Shown here in pieces: positions 9,656 to 19,187 of a DNA stretch of 64,000 nucleotides; positions within the stretch are counted from its first letter, which is position 1, and each line of letters opens with the position of its first letter. The stretch spans positions 52,723 through 116,722 of the forward strand of contig CAVPFM010000007.1 in assembly GCA_963703735.1 (NCBI GenBank), written 5' to 3'. The translations under genes were made by a program, and so were the position numbers. This DNA comes from an uncultured Acidobacteriota bacterium (GTDB taxonomy: Bacteria; Acidobacteriota; Terriglobia; Terriglobales; Acidobacteriaceae). The notes beneath the pieces were generated by a model. The model was not told the DNA's origin, did not search any database, and saw nothing but the letters and a program-made list of their open reading frames with translations.

Positions 9656-10699
9656 TCAGGCGTTTCCCCTCGCAGGCTGACCGCGTGTCACGGTCCACAC
9701 AAGAAGTTGCGCCAGCGCATTGACAACGATCGTGACCACGAAGAGCGCAAGGCCAATCTCGACTAGAGCGGAAAGATAGGTATCGCCGGTCGCCTCGCTA
9801 AACTCGTTGGCGAGCACGCTAGCCATGGTGTATCCGGGCGCAAATAGGGACTTCGCAATCTCCGGGCGGTTGCCGATCACCATGGTGACTGCCATGGTCT
9901 CTCCCAGCGCACGGCCCAATCCAAGAATGATTCCGCCAACGATCCCGGCGCGCGCGTTGCGCAGAACCCCGACTCGAATCATCTCCCAGCGCGTTGCACC
10001 CAGGGCCAGCACCGCCTCTCGCTGGTGTTGTGGGACGACCATCAGCACTTCGCGGGCGATCGAGGAGATGATCGGAATGATCATGACGGCCAGGATAATT
10101 CCGGCAGCCAGCATTCCGATCCCGTAAGGAGCGCCGGTAAAGAGCCCAGTCCATCCGAGAGTCTTTCCCAGAAACGGTTCGACGTAGCCGCTCAACAGCG
10201 GCACCAACACAAACATCGCCCAGAGCCCGTAGATCACGCTGGGAATCGCCGCCAGCAATTCCACGAAAAACGACAGTGGAGCGCGGAAGACTTTGGGGCA
10301 CATCTCAGTGGTGAAGACGGCAACCCCGACCGCTAGCGGGACTGCGATGATGAGCGCCACCAGGGATGAAACCAGGGTTCCGTAGATAAAGGGCAGAGCG
10401 CCGAATTGCTCGCTCACCGGGTCCCAATCGCTGCCGGCGAAGAATTTGAACCCAAATGCGTGCCAGGAAAGTCCGGAACCTGAGATCAGGGCGTAGACGA
10501 TCAGGATCAAAACTCCCAGGACGGCCAGGCCGCAAGCTGTCATCAACGACTTAAAAACACGGTCGGGAATTTCGCCGCCTGAAACGTGCAGCAGGGGTGC
10601 CGTCCGGGGCTCGGTCAAGGCTGTAACTTTCGTAGCTTCAACAGGTTGCGGACCAGGCATATCAGGCCGTGAGAACGCATGGTTGGCCATTCGGCTCAA
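9656..10699 (-). CDS. pstC: Phosphate ABC transporter permease PstC; start uncertain
   Basis: 347 aa polytopic permease, 4 nt upstream of pstA. The track start at 10699 is TTG. An in-frame ATG sits at 10690 (MANHAF...) and another at 10660. No good SD sequence is visible for any of them. Confidence 0.88.
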   Translation of the reverse strand: MSRMANHAFSRPDMPGPQPVEATKVTALTEPRTAPLLHVSGGEIPDRVFKSLMTACGLAVLGVLILIVYALISGSGLSWHAFGFKFFAGSDWDPVSEQFGALPFIYGTLVSSLVALIIAVPLAVGVAVFTTEMCPKVFRAPLSFFVELLAAIPSVIYGLWAMFVLVPLLSGYVEPFLGKTLGWTGLFTGAPYGIGMLAAGIILAVMIIPIISSIAREVLMVVPQHQREAVLALGATRWEMIRVGVLRNARAGIVGGIILGLGRALGETMAVTMVIGNRPEIAKSLFAPGYTMASVLANEFSEATGDTYLSALVEIGLALFVVTIVVNALAQLLVWTVTRGQPARGNA

Positions 10700-10713
10700 C
10701 CGTAGCAGAGACT

Positions 10714-10741
10714 TGTTACAAAGATGTTAAAATGGGGTAGT
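10714..10741 (-). promoter_or_regulatory. Candidate Pho box: phased hexamers ACTACC-N5-TTAACA-N5-GTAACA
   Basis: Read on the minus strand. Hexamers at 10741-10736, 10730-10725 and 10719-10714 have 11-bp periodicity. They lie in the pstC/CHAD divergent intergenic region. The architecture matches the pstS site at 19188-19215. Confidence 0.4.
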
Positions 10742-10875
10742 TTTTCAGCCGTCCTGAGTTCCCTCATCAATCGGCCGGAGTTTTGAATCACTGGACACCC
10801 GCAGCACCCAGGCTCTTAATTTCCAGCGTGATGGATTCTTTTCCTCCCTCAGGACCTGATTTTTGTTCGATTTTT

Positions 10876-11724
10876 ATGGCTATCGCATCCAAGCGCGGCA
10901 AACTTATTTTTCGCAAGACCGAGCGCGACCTGCTCCGGCTATCCGCCGGGCACGAGCCCGAAGTGGTACACAGCTTCCGCACGACAACCCGCCGTCTGCA
11001 GATCCTGCTGGAGAAACTGGTTTCTGACCAAGATCGGAACCAGAAGAAGCTGCTAAAGATGCTGAACCGCATCCGCAAGCGTGCGGGAAGGGTGCGCGAC
11101 CTTGACGCTCAACTAGCAGCGCTGCGAAGCCTGAAGGTTCCCTTGGAACCGCGCCGAAAAACTCAGCTCACGCAACAACTTCTTGAGCTTCGTGCGAAAC
11201 ACGAAACAAAGCTTGGCAAGGCTCTGAAAAACAAAGAAGTCCGCGACATTCGTAAACGTTTGGAGCGTGCCGCAAAATCGGTGGAGTTCGAAACCGAGCG
11301 GGATCCTTTGACCGTTGCTCGGCAGATGATCCAATCGGTCGATCGTCCCTCCGGCAAAATCGCTGAGGACTTGCTCCATCGGTACCGGATCGCCGTCAAG
11401 CGGGCGCGCTATGCCGCGGAGTTCGCGCCAAAGTCGGCGGAGTCCACGGAATTCGTCGCGCAACTGAAGCGCTTGCAGGACGCGCTGGGCAACTGGCATG
11501 ACTGGCTCATCCTGACGCACACAGCGGTCCAGCGTCTGGGCGAGATCAACCAGTCGCCGCTCGTCGCCGCGTTGCACAATGTGACGCGAGGTAAGTTCCG
11601 GCACGCGGTGGCCGAACTCACTGCGAACGGAAACGTGAGCATCGGAAAGCCTATGGCACCGGTTCCTCAGAAATTGGACACGAAGGGTCCGACTCTCGTT
11701 GGCAAGACTGAAACGGCCGCTTAG
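10876..11724 (+). CDS. CHAD domain protein (polyphosphate-granule-associated family)
   Basis: Start re-set to the ATG at 10876 (MAIASKRGKL...). Helical, basic protein with CHAD-type motifs HSFRTTTRRLQ, YRIAVKRARY and LGNWHDW. Adjacent to ppx. Confidence 0.8.
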   Translation: MAIASKRGKLIFRKTERDLLRLSAGHEPEVVHSFRTTTRRLQILLEKLVSDQDRNQKKLLKMLNRIRKRAGRVRDLDAQLAALRSLKVPLEPRRKTQLTQQLLELRAKHETKLGKALKNKEVRDIRKRLERAAKSVEFETERDPLTVARQMIQSVDRPSGKIAEDLLHRYRIAVKRARYAAEFAPKSAESTEFVAQLKRLQDALGNWHDWLILTHTAVQRLGEINQSPLVAALHNVTRGKFRHAVAELTANGNVSIGKPMAPVPQKLDTKGPTLVGKTETAA

Positions 11725-11818
11725 TTTCCGATCCGAGCCCGACCTAAGCCTCATTCCAGAAACTGTTGTGGCTCAATTCCCTTCCGCTCCCTTCCGCATG
11801 TAAACTGTTGGGCTTCCC

Positions 11819-13348
11819 ATGCCCACGTTCGCCGCGGTCGATGTCGGCTCCAATTCCGTTCGCCTTAAGATTGCTCGCCTTCAAGGCGGCCGCCTGCGCG
11901 CCTTGCACGAAGACCGTGAAGTGACGCGTCTCGGCGACGGAGTGTTCGGCTCTGGATTTCTCACTCCCGATTCAATGGCCGAGACCGTCAAAGTCTTGCG
12001 CCGCTTTCATCGCGCCACGCAGCAGATTGTCACCGACACTGTGCGCGTGGTTGCCACCAGTGCGCTGCGCGACGCGCGCAACTCGCAGGCATTTCTGGAG
12101 TGGGTGCGATCCGCAACGGGTTGGCGGGTTGAAATCATCTCCGGCGTGGAAGAAGCGCGCCTCATTCACCTCGGGCTAGTCTCTGGACCGCGCATCGACA
12201 GCGCTCCCATGCTGATGATGGATCTGGGCGGCGGAAGCTGCGAACTAACCGTTTCCCAAGGCGGACACATCCGGGACGCCGCCAGCCTTCCGCTGGGCGC
12301 GGTTCGCCTGACGAACGAATTCCTCCGCCACGACCCTCCGCGCAAGGGAGAACTTAAGCGTCTGCGCGGTTTCGTCGCGCGCGAGGTGAATCGAGTAGTA
12401 GATCGCATTTCCGCTTCGAAGGTGAAGAACGTAATTGCGACCTCCGGCACAGCAGCGGCGCTGGCTGCTGTGGCGGGCCATATGCGGCGCGGGGCCGCGC
12501 GTCAGAGAAACATGGTGTCGCGGGCTGAGATGACCCGCATCGCCAAACGCCTGGCCCGGCTACCGGTCGCCGAGCGTCGCAAAATCGAGGGAATCGGACC
12601 CCGCCGCGCGGAAATCATCGTCGCCGGCGCCACGGTCTATCACGAACTGCTGGACCGTCTCCATCTCAAGGGCTTCCGCTATTCCCCTCTCGGATTGCGC
12701 GACGGAATCCTGGCGCAGATGGCGGCAGATTACGATCGCAGCACGCGCTCGGGCCGTCAGATCGAATCCGAGCGCTGGGAATCGATCATGAAGGCGGTCG
12801 CGCATTATCACGTGGATCGCAAGCACGCGCTGGATGTCCGCGACGCGGCTACTTTGCTTTTCACCTCGCTGCGCTCCGTGCACCGCCTTCCGCCGGAATA
12901 CCGCGAGTGGCTGGCCGCAGCCGCCATGCTGTATGAAGTTGGCGACTACGTCAATCGTAACGGGCGCCACCGGCACGCCAACTACATCATTTCCAATTCT
13001 GAAATCCTCGGCTACACGCCGCAAGAGCGCCGCCTGATCGCGGCGATTGCGCGCTATCTGGGAAAAACGCGTCCCAGCCTAGAAGACGGTCCGATGAAAG
13101 CGATTGAGGCACCTGAGCGCGCGGACGTGCAGAAGGCGATCGTCCTTCTCCGCCTGGCACGCGCGCTCAATCTAGGCCGCAGCCGCGCGGTGGAGAAAGT
13201 TCGCATCGGAGTTCGATCCGCCGGAGTAAAGTTGACGCTCGTGCCCCGACGTCGCATGGGAGTGGATCTGGAACTCTGGGCAATTGAAAAAGAGTGTGAT
13301 TACTTCCGCGAGGTGTTCGGACGGGAGCTTTCCACTGCCGTGTCGTAA
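11819..13348 (+). CDS. ppx: Exopolyphosphatase / guanosine pentaphosphate phosphohydrolase family
   Basis: 509 aa. ASKHA-fold motifs AAVDVGSNSVRL and MDLGGGSCEL. C-terminal HD-like helical domain. Confidence 0.9.
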   Translation: MPTFAAVDVGSNSVRLKIARLQGGRLRALHEDREVTRLGDGVFGSGFLTPDSMAETVKVLRRFHRATQQIVTDTVRVVATSALRDARNSQAFLEWVRSATGWRVEIISGVEEARLIHLGLVSGPRIDSAPMLMMDLGGGSCELTVSQGGHIRDAASLPLGAVRLTNEFLRHDPPRKGELKRLRGFVAREVNRVVDRISASKVKNVIATSGTAAALAAVAGHMRRGAARQRNMVSRAEMTRIAKRLARLPVAERRKIEGIGPRRAEIIVAGATVYHELLDRLHLKGFRYSPLGLRDGILAQMAADYDRSTRSGRQIESERWESIMKAVAHYHVDRKHALDVRDAATLLFTSLRSVHRLPPEYREWLAAAAMLYEVGDYVNRNGRHRHANYIISNSEILGYTPQERRLIAAIARYLGKTRPSLEDGPMKAIEAPERADVQKAIVLLRLARALNLGRSRAVEKVRIGVRSAGVKLTLVPRRRMGVDLELWAIEKECDYFREVFGRELSTAVS

Positions 13349-13830
13349 AGCGTCCGCAGCAGCTTTGGCGTAATGCACCATTGCAGGGTCCCAGAGGTAC
13401 GGCGCATTTCCACTTTGGCGACCGCGCCTTTCTTCAGTTCGAGCGACGCTTCGCACCCTGAATCGCTGATGATCGCGCCCAGAAACTGGCTCAGATTGGG
13501 ATTGTGCCCAACAACCATAATCGCTTCCTGCCGCGAATATTTCTCCAGCAACTTGCGGAAGTCAGCAAGCCCGGCGATCGGACGCAGCGCGGCGTCGATC
13601 TGCAATTTCCCTTCGTAGCCAAGCTCATTGCCCACCAGCGAAGCGGTCTGCGTGCATCGTTTCAGCGGGCTAGAGACAATTGCGTCCACCTGAGCGTTTA
13701 GCGCCGTAAGAGCGCGGCCAACGTAGCCGCACTGCTCGATTCCCTCTTTGTCGAGGGCGCGTTTTTCATCCTTTTTCGGATTGGCGATGTGCTCGCCGGC
13801 ACTGGCGTGGCGCAGAAAATAAAGAATCAT
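13300..13830 (-). CDS. sixA: SixA-type phosphohistidine phosphatase
   Basis: 176 aa. Histidine-phosphatase RHA motif (MILYFLRHASAGEH) and VGHNP. The start lies 3 nt after the ppk1 stop. The 3' end overlaps the ppx 3' end by 49 nt (convergent). Confidence 0.8.
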   Translation of the reverse strand: MILYFLRHASAGEHIANPKKDEKRALDKEGIEQCGYVGRALTALNAQVDAIVSSPLKRCTQTASLVGNELGYEGKLQIDAALRPIAGLADFRKLLEKYSRQEAIMVVGHNPNLSQFLGAIISDSGCEASLELKKGAVAKVEMRRTSGTLQWCITPKLLRTLYDTAVESSRPNTSRK

Positions 13831-13833
13831 GGC

Positions 13834-16002
13834 TTACCGTTCCCTTCCCACGCTTACTTTACGCCTTGGCGCGGGAACTAGGGCGGGCATGAGCGCCGGT
13901 GCCTTCCCTTCCGCCACGCTCATCAGAAAATCCTGCGCACTGAAGGCTGCAGCACCGAGGGGCGGACGGCGATTTCTTTTTCCATGGATCGGCTGCCATC
14001 CAGGGATATACGTCGCGTCACTCAGCAGGATGCGTGCTTTCCGGTTGTCCGCCAGGTATGCACCCAGAATCTCGTGACGAATCCTTTCTCGCAGCATCTC
14101 GTCGCGGACCGGCACCAGCACTTCGACACGTTCATAGAGATTGCGCGGCATCCAATCCGCGCTGCCGATATAAATCTCTTCGTCGCCACCATTGGCGAAG
14201 GAGAAGATTCGGCTGTGCTCCAGAAAGCGCCCCACAATGCTGCGCACGCGGATATTGGCGCTGACTCCGCGTACTCCCGGACGCAACGCGCAGATACCGC
14301 GAACAATCAAATCGATGTGCACTCCCGCCTGCGACGAGCGGTAGAGCGCCTGAATAATATTCTTGTCGAGCAGCGCGTTCATCTTGGCGATGATCCGCGC
14401 CGGCTTTCCCTGCAGAGCGTGCTCGGCCTCGCGGTCAATCAGGGCGACACACTTTTCCGCTAAATCGAGGGGAGCGACCAGAAGCGGTTCGTAGCTTGGG
14501 TTCTCGGCATACGCGGTCAGAAAACTGAACACATCGTGGACGGCGCGGGTGACCTCGGGATTCGCCGTGAACAGGCTCAGGTCGGTATAGATGCGAGCGG
14601 TCGTCGCGTTGTAGTTTCCCGTGCCGATATGCGCGTAACTGCGCGGGACTCCATCGGGATCGCGACGCACGAGCAGCGACAGCTTGCAGTGCGTCTTCAG
14701 CCCGACGAGGCCGTGAAAGACTTGCACGCCGGCGTCCTCCATATCGCGCGCCCAGCGGATGTTCGAAGCTTCATCGAAACGCGCCTTCAACTCCACGACT
14801 GCCGTCACTTCCTTGCGCGACGCGGCTTCCATGAGCGCGGGCACAATGTGCGAACGTTCGCTGGTCCGGTAAAGCGTCTGCTTGATCGAGAGAACGTTGT
14901 CGTCCTCGGCCGCCGAGCCGATGAACGAAACCACCGCGTCGTAAGAATCAAACGGGTGGTGCAGCAGCACGTCGTGCTGCCGCAACTCCTCGAACATATC
15001 CTTCGATTTCGAAGTGAGCCGTAGTTCCCGCGGAGCAAACGGACGATCCTTCAGCTCCGGACGGTCGACTTGCTCGTAGACATTGAACAAACGCACGAGG
15101 TTCACGGGCCCGTTGACAGGAAAGACCTGCCACGGATCCAGCTCAAAGACGGTCCGCAGTCGCTCGATAATCTCTGGATCGGCGTCGGCTTCGATCTCCA
15201 TGCGTACCGCATCGCCCTTGCGGCGATTGTGCAATTCGGTGCGGACCGACTCGAGCAGGCTGCGCGCCTCCTCTTCCGCCAGATACAGGTTGCTATTGCG
15301 GGTCACGCGGAAAGGGGCCGAGGAAACGATGTCGTAACCCTGATACATGCGGACGGCGTGATGCGCGACCAGATCCGCGAGAAAAATAAAATCCGCAGGT
15401 CCTTCGGACGGAAGTCGAACGAGTCTTGGCAAAGCGCGCGGAACCGAAACCACTCCGGTATAGGTCAGCGCGGAACGACGACGACGCCGCAACAGAAATC
15501 CGACGCACAAGGCCTTGTTGATCACCCGCGGAAACGGATGCGCCGGGTCCACGGTCACCGGGGTCAGCAGCGGGTCCAGTTCCCGCTCGCAATACTCATC
15601 CACGAACCGCAAGGCACGAGAGTCCAACTCGTGCAAACCCAGCACGCGAATTCCGTTGACCGAGAGCGCCGGTCGCAGGCGGGTACTCCAGCAGTCATAT
15701 TGGTCGTCAACAAACTCGTGCGTCAGCTTATTGAGGACATCCCGTTTTTCGGTCAGCGTCAGACCGTCGGGGCCTGCCTCGTTGTAGCCGTCTTCGATCT
15801 GCTGCATCATCGCCGCAACCCGCACTTCGAAGAATTCGTCGAGGTTGCTGGCGGAAATAGACAAGAACTTTAGCCGCTCGAGAAGAGGATTGCCCTCGTC
15901 CTCGGCTTCTTCGAGCACACGCCGGTTAAACGCGAGCCACGAGGTGTCGCGATTGAGGAAGTACTGAGGATTATCCAGCGAGATGCGAGCCATGGAACGC
16001 AC
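13834..16002 (-). CDS. ppk: Polyphosphate kinase 1
   Basis: 722 aa. N-terminal FLNRDTSWLAFNRRVLEEA. Two PLD-like C-terminal domains (GLKTHCKLSLLVRR, VGRFLEHSRIF). Confidence 0.95.
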   Translation of the reverse strand: MRSMARISLDNPQYFLNRDTSWLAFNRRVLEEAEDEGNPLLERLKFLSISASNLDEFFEVRVAAMMQQIEDGYNEAGPDGLTLTEKRDVLNKLTHEFVDDQYDCWSTRLRPALSVNGIRVLGLHELDSRALRFVDEYCERELDPLLTPVTVDPAHPFPRVINKALCVGFLLRRRRRSALTYTGVVSVPRALPRLVRLPSEGPADFIFLADLVAHHAVRMYQGYDIVSSAPFRVTRNSNLYLAEEEARSLLESVRTELHNRRKGDAVRMEIEADADPEIIERLRTVFELDPWQVFPVNGPVNLVRLFNVYEQVDRPELKDRPFAPRELRLTSKSKDMFEELRQHDVLLHHPFDSYDAVVSFIGSAAEDDNVLSIKQTLYRTSERSHIVPALMEAASRKEVTAVVELKARFDEASNIRWARDMEDAGVQVFHGLVGLKTHCKLSLLVRRDPDGVPRSYAHIGTGNYNATTARIYTDLSLFTANPEVTRAVHDVFSFLTAYAENPSYEPLLVAPLDLAEKCVALIDREAEHALQGKPARIIAKMNALLDKNIIQALYRSSQAGVHIDLIVRGICALRPGVRGVSANIRVRSIVGRFLEHSRIFSFANGGDEEIYIGSADWMPRNLYERVEVLVPVRDEMLRERIRHEILGAYLADNRKARILLSDATYIPGWQPIHGKRNRRPPLGAAAFSAQDFLMSVAEGKAPALMPALVPAPRRKVSVGRER

Positions 16003-16148
16003 TTATTGGAATGCTGTTTGAAGTCGAACTCACCACCGGAGCATCATTCGCATCGGAGCGCCGAATGCGAACCGCTAGTATAAAGCATCCTCGGAGTCTT
16101 GCTCGGATGCCGACTCAACTCTTGCACTGCCTTCTGCTGATAATGAAA

Positions 16149-16185
16149 CCCGGCACGGACCGCGCATCTGCGCTCTCCGTGCCGG
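16149..16185 (-). terminator. Intrinsic terminator downstream of the porin gene
   Basis: CCGGCACGGA...TCCGTGCCGG forms a 10-bp stem, with an inner GCGCA/TGCGC pairing. On the minus strand it is followed by TTTCATTATC. It lies 40 nt after the porin stop. Confidence 0.55.
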
Positions 16186-16224
16186 TAGCTGTTGCCTTGT
16201 CCTGAACCTAACTACGATCGCTCG

Positions 16225-18081
16225 TTACGGCAGGTAATACCGGAACGACGTGAAGATCATCGAGTCGAGTCCATGCGGCTGGTTCGGCGATGAAGCTCCC
16301 GACCAGGCATTGCGGGTAACGTACGAGTACTGTGGTCCCCACTGGACGCGGCCTTTGGGTCCGTTGTAAATGCGATACCAGAAGCCCGCCGTTCCTTCGA
16401 TCAGCACGCGCGTGTCTGCAGTGCAGCTCGACAGCCCGCCCGGCAGGAATCCGTTGTTGTTCACAGGACCGGTTTCCGTGAAGCATCCCGTGTTGCTGAA
16501 CTGCGGAGACCCGTAGCCGACAGCCTTTTTGAGGATCGGGTCAAATGTCGCGCTGCGGCCCGCATATTCCGCTCCGGTATTGAAGTAAATATCTAGCTTG
16601 GGTCCGTGCCACTCGAGAGTCGCCAAACCCTGCAAGCTCTTGATCAAGCCCAGCGTGCCGTCATCGCGCACGGTCACGTCGGAGAGTCCACCGGTGCCGT
16701 AGCGGCCGATTCCGGCGCCACCGAGGCCGTGCAAACCGAAGTCGACCTTCTTGCCGGCAAATGACCAGCGAGCATTGGCGCCGATACCGCCGCCGTTCTT
16801 CGAAGAGTTGTAGGCTCCCTTGGCATTCGGCCCAGCAGTAGTGCTCAGGCAATCCGTCGTCGAAGAAACGTCTTCGCAGGGGAACACCCGGTCACGGAAG
16901 CGGCTGAACACACCGAAGACTTCGTAGTGTCCAAAGCCAGGCTCGAAGGCAAGCTTGGCAACAACGTCTGGCGAGGGATTGAACGCATACGACGCCGCAG
17001 GCGTACAGGTTGTGGTCGCTGCGGTGTCGGTGCTGTTGAGTGCAGTGCTGCAAGTGGTGATGGCGCCGTTGTAAAGTCCACCACCTGCTCCGGCCGAGCC
17101 CAGCAGGAAGTTGGCAGCGTTGTTATGGGTGGTCAGAGTGGCCTGCGCGTTTTCGAGCGAAACCGCGAACCAGACCTTGTTGTCGAAGTTTTTCGCGAGG
17201 CGAACGCCGTACTGCCGCGCCCAACTGAAACCCACGGTATATTGCGGGTCGATGGTCATGGGCAGAGCCTCACTACGGTTGTCCACGCCATGCTTGGTTT
17301 CGGTCACCAGACTCCACATCTGGCCGCCAGTGAAGCTCCAGCCATTGTCGAACGCAGCCTGGCCCCACGCCTGGCGCTGGCGGAGCGTGTAGCTGTTGCT
17401 CTCGTTGTTGTTGGAAGTGACGCCGGCCGAGAGGAAGTCAGCCTCGACGTAGCCGGAAAGCTTCACGAAATCCAACTTCCCTTCCGCGAGCATCGAGAGG
17501 CGTGACTGCCGTCCGGAACCGAAGAACTCGGAAACCGAACTCTGTGATGCGCCCGGCATGGTTACAGAGTTGAAGGGAGTGTTGATGTCGGCGGCCAGTG
17601 CACGCGTGCGGTAGACCGATTCTGCCGCCAGGAAGCCACCGGGGGTGATCGTGATTCCCTTGACGTGAATTGCAGTGGGCGGTTCCGAGAGCTTCTTCTG
17701 CGTGTCCTGCACGGCCACCACGGTGTTCGCCATGTTGCCCTTGAGGTCGGTGACATCGTTCTTCAAATCAGTGACGGTCTGCTGCTGCTGCGTGGCGACG
17801 GCCTGAGCGGCGTCCGCTTTGCTGGACGCATCTGCGGCAGTGCTCTGGGCCTGCTGGACGGTCTGATCCTTTTGGTGAAGCAGGTCCCGCAACTCCTGAA
17901 TTTGCCGCTCCTGCTGCGCCAACGCTGCCTGTTGCGAGGTGATCGCATCCTTCAGGGCCTGTACGTCAGCTGCTGTAATCGCAGCTGACTTCTTTTTTGT
18001 AGATTTCGGCGGTGTACTGGTTTGCCCCACCAGTCCGGTCGCCAGCAGAAGAATTGCACACCATCTCCACTCGAACCTCAT
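16225..18081 (-). CDS. Outer-membrane porin with N-terminal coiled coil; putative phosphate/anion-selective porin by context
   Basis: 618 aa. Signal peptide MRFEWRWCAILLLATGLVGQ. A roughly 100-aa Q/A-rich heptad-like segment (QQAALAQQERQIQELRDLLHQKDQ...) is followed by alternating beta-strand-like sequence rich in G/Y/F/N. AAGGAGAG SD sequence. Lies between pstS and ppk1. Confidence 0.6.
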   Translation of the reverse strand: MRFEWRWCAILLLATGLVGQTSTPPKSTKKKSAAITAADVQALKDAITSQQAALAQQERQIQELRDLLHQKDQTVQQAQSTAADASSKADAAQAVATQQQQTVTDLKNDVTDLKGNMANTVVAVQDTQKKLSEPPTAIHVKGITITPGGFLAAESVYRTRALAADINTPFNSVTMPGASQSSVSEFFGSGRQSRLSMLAEGKLDFVKLSGYVEADFLSAGVTSNNNESNSYTLRQRQAWGQAAFDNGWSFTGGQMWSLVTETKHGVDNRSEALPMTIDPQYTVGFSWARQYGVRLAKNFDNKVWFAVSLENAQATLTTHNNAANFLLGSAGAGGGLYNGAITTCSTALNSTDTAATTTCTPAASYAFNPSPDVVAKLAFEPGFGHYEVFGVFSRFRDRVFPCEDVSSTTDCLSTTAGPNAKGAYNSSKNGGGIGANARWSFAGKKVDFGLHGLGGAGIGRYGTGGLSDVTVRDDGTLGLIKSLQGLATLEWHGPKLDIYFNTGAEYAGRSATFDPILKKAVGYGSPQFSNTGCFTETGPVNNNGFLPGGLSSCTADTRVLIEGTAGFWYRIYNGPKGRVQWGPQYSYVTRNAWSGASSPNQPHGLDSMIFTSFRYYLP

Positions 18082-18111
18082 CGTTCACTCTCCTTTTTTT
18101 CGCGATGCATC

Positions 18112-18135
18112 AAAACCCGGGGCGCCTTGGGTTTT
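18112..18135 (-). terminator. Hairpin at the pstS stop codon; possible attenuating terminator between pstS and the porin gene
   Basis: AAAACCC...GGGTTTT is a 7-bp stem with an inner GGCGCC. The U-run is part of, or follows, the 3' arm on the minus strand. The porin SD sequence lies 20 nt downstream. Confidence 0.4.
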
Positions 18136-19139
18136 TACTTGACTTGCTTGATTGCTTCTTTCACTTTCGCAACCACGTTATCCGGCAGCGACGCATAGGA
18201 CAGGCCGGAGGTCATCTTCTGCCCGTCGGTCACCATCCAATTCAGAAAATCAGCGAGGATTTTCCCCTTGGCCGCATCTTTGGACTGCGCTGGAATCAGT
18301 AGCCACGTAAAGCTTGAAATCGGATACGCGTCCTTGCCGGGCGCGTTTGTGATCGATACTCGAAAATCCGCCGGCATCTTCGGTGCCGAAGCCGCTGCCG
18401 CCGTCACGCCGTCGAGGGATGCCTTTACGAACGCCCCCGCCGAATTCCTCACGCTTCCGTGAGGAATGTTGTTTTGAACCGCGTAGATCAATTCGACGTA
18501 GCCGATCGATCCCGACAACTGCCGGATCAATCCCGAAACGCCTTCATTGCCCTTGCCGCCCATCCCGATCGGCCACTTCACCGAAGTGTCCGCCCCCACC
18601 TGGTTCTTCCAGTCGGGGCTCACTTTCGAAAGGTAGTCCGTCCAGACAAAGCTGGTGCCGCTGCCGTCGGAGCGGTGCACGACGATGATGTCTTTGTCAG
18701 GAAAGTTAACGCCAGGATTGGCGGCAGTCAGAGCTTTATCATTCCATTTCGAAATCTTGCCGAGGAAAATTCCGGCCAGCGCTTCTGGCGTGAACTTCAC
18801 TTCGCCGCTCACTCCAGGAACGTTATAGGCCGGAACGACTGCGCCCAAGACAGTCGGAATATTCAAAATCTTGACCTTCGAATCCTGCAATTGCTTGTCG
18901 GTCATGGGCATGTCGCTGGCGCCGAAATCGACCGTTCCGGATGTGACCTGCCGGATTCCCCCGCCGCTCCCAATCGGCTGATAGTTCACTTGAACGTCGG
19001 AATGAATCTTGTGATATTCGCTAAACCATTTCGAGTACATGGGTGCGGGAAACGTAGCGCCTGCTCCGTTCAGCGTGGTCTGCCCTACGACCGGCATGGC
19101 CAACAGGACACACACCAACAGCAGCACAATTTTGCGCAT
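18135..19139 (-). CDS. pstS: Phosphate ABC transporter substrate-binding protein
   Basis: 334 aa. Signal peptide. PstS motifs GAGATFPAPMY, GSGGGI and SDGSGTSF. AGGAGGAG SD sequence. Confidence 0.93.
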   Translation of the reverse strand: MRKIVLLLVCVLLAMPVVGQTTLNGAGATFPAPMYSKWFSEYHKIHSDVQVNYQPIGSGGGIRQVTSGTVDFGASDMPMTDKQLQDSKVKILNIPTVLGAVVPAYNVPGVSGEVKFTPEALAGIFLGKISKWNDKALTAANPGVNFPDKDIIVVHRSDGSGTSFVWTDYLSKVSPDWKNQVGADTSVKWPIGMGGKGNEGVSGLIRQLSGSIGYVELIYAVQNNIPHGSVRNSAGAFVKASLDGVTAAAASAPKMPADFRVSITNAPGKDAYPISSFTWLLIPAQSKDAAKGKILADFLNWMVTDGQKMTSGLSYASLPDNVVAKVKEAIKQVK

Positions 19140-19187
19140 TGCCAGGTGACTCCTCCTTGAATAGGTGTCCCCTTTCTATCGTCGGTG

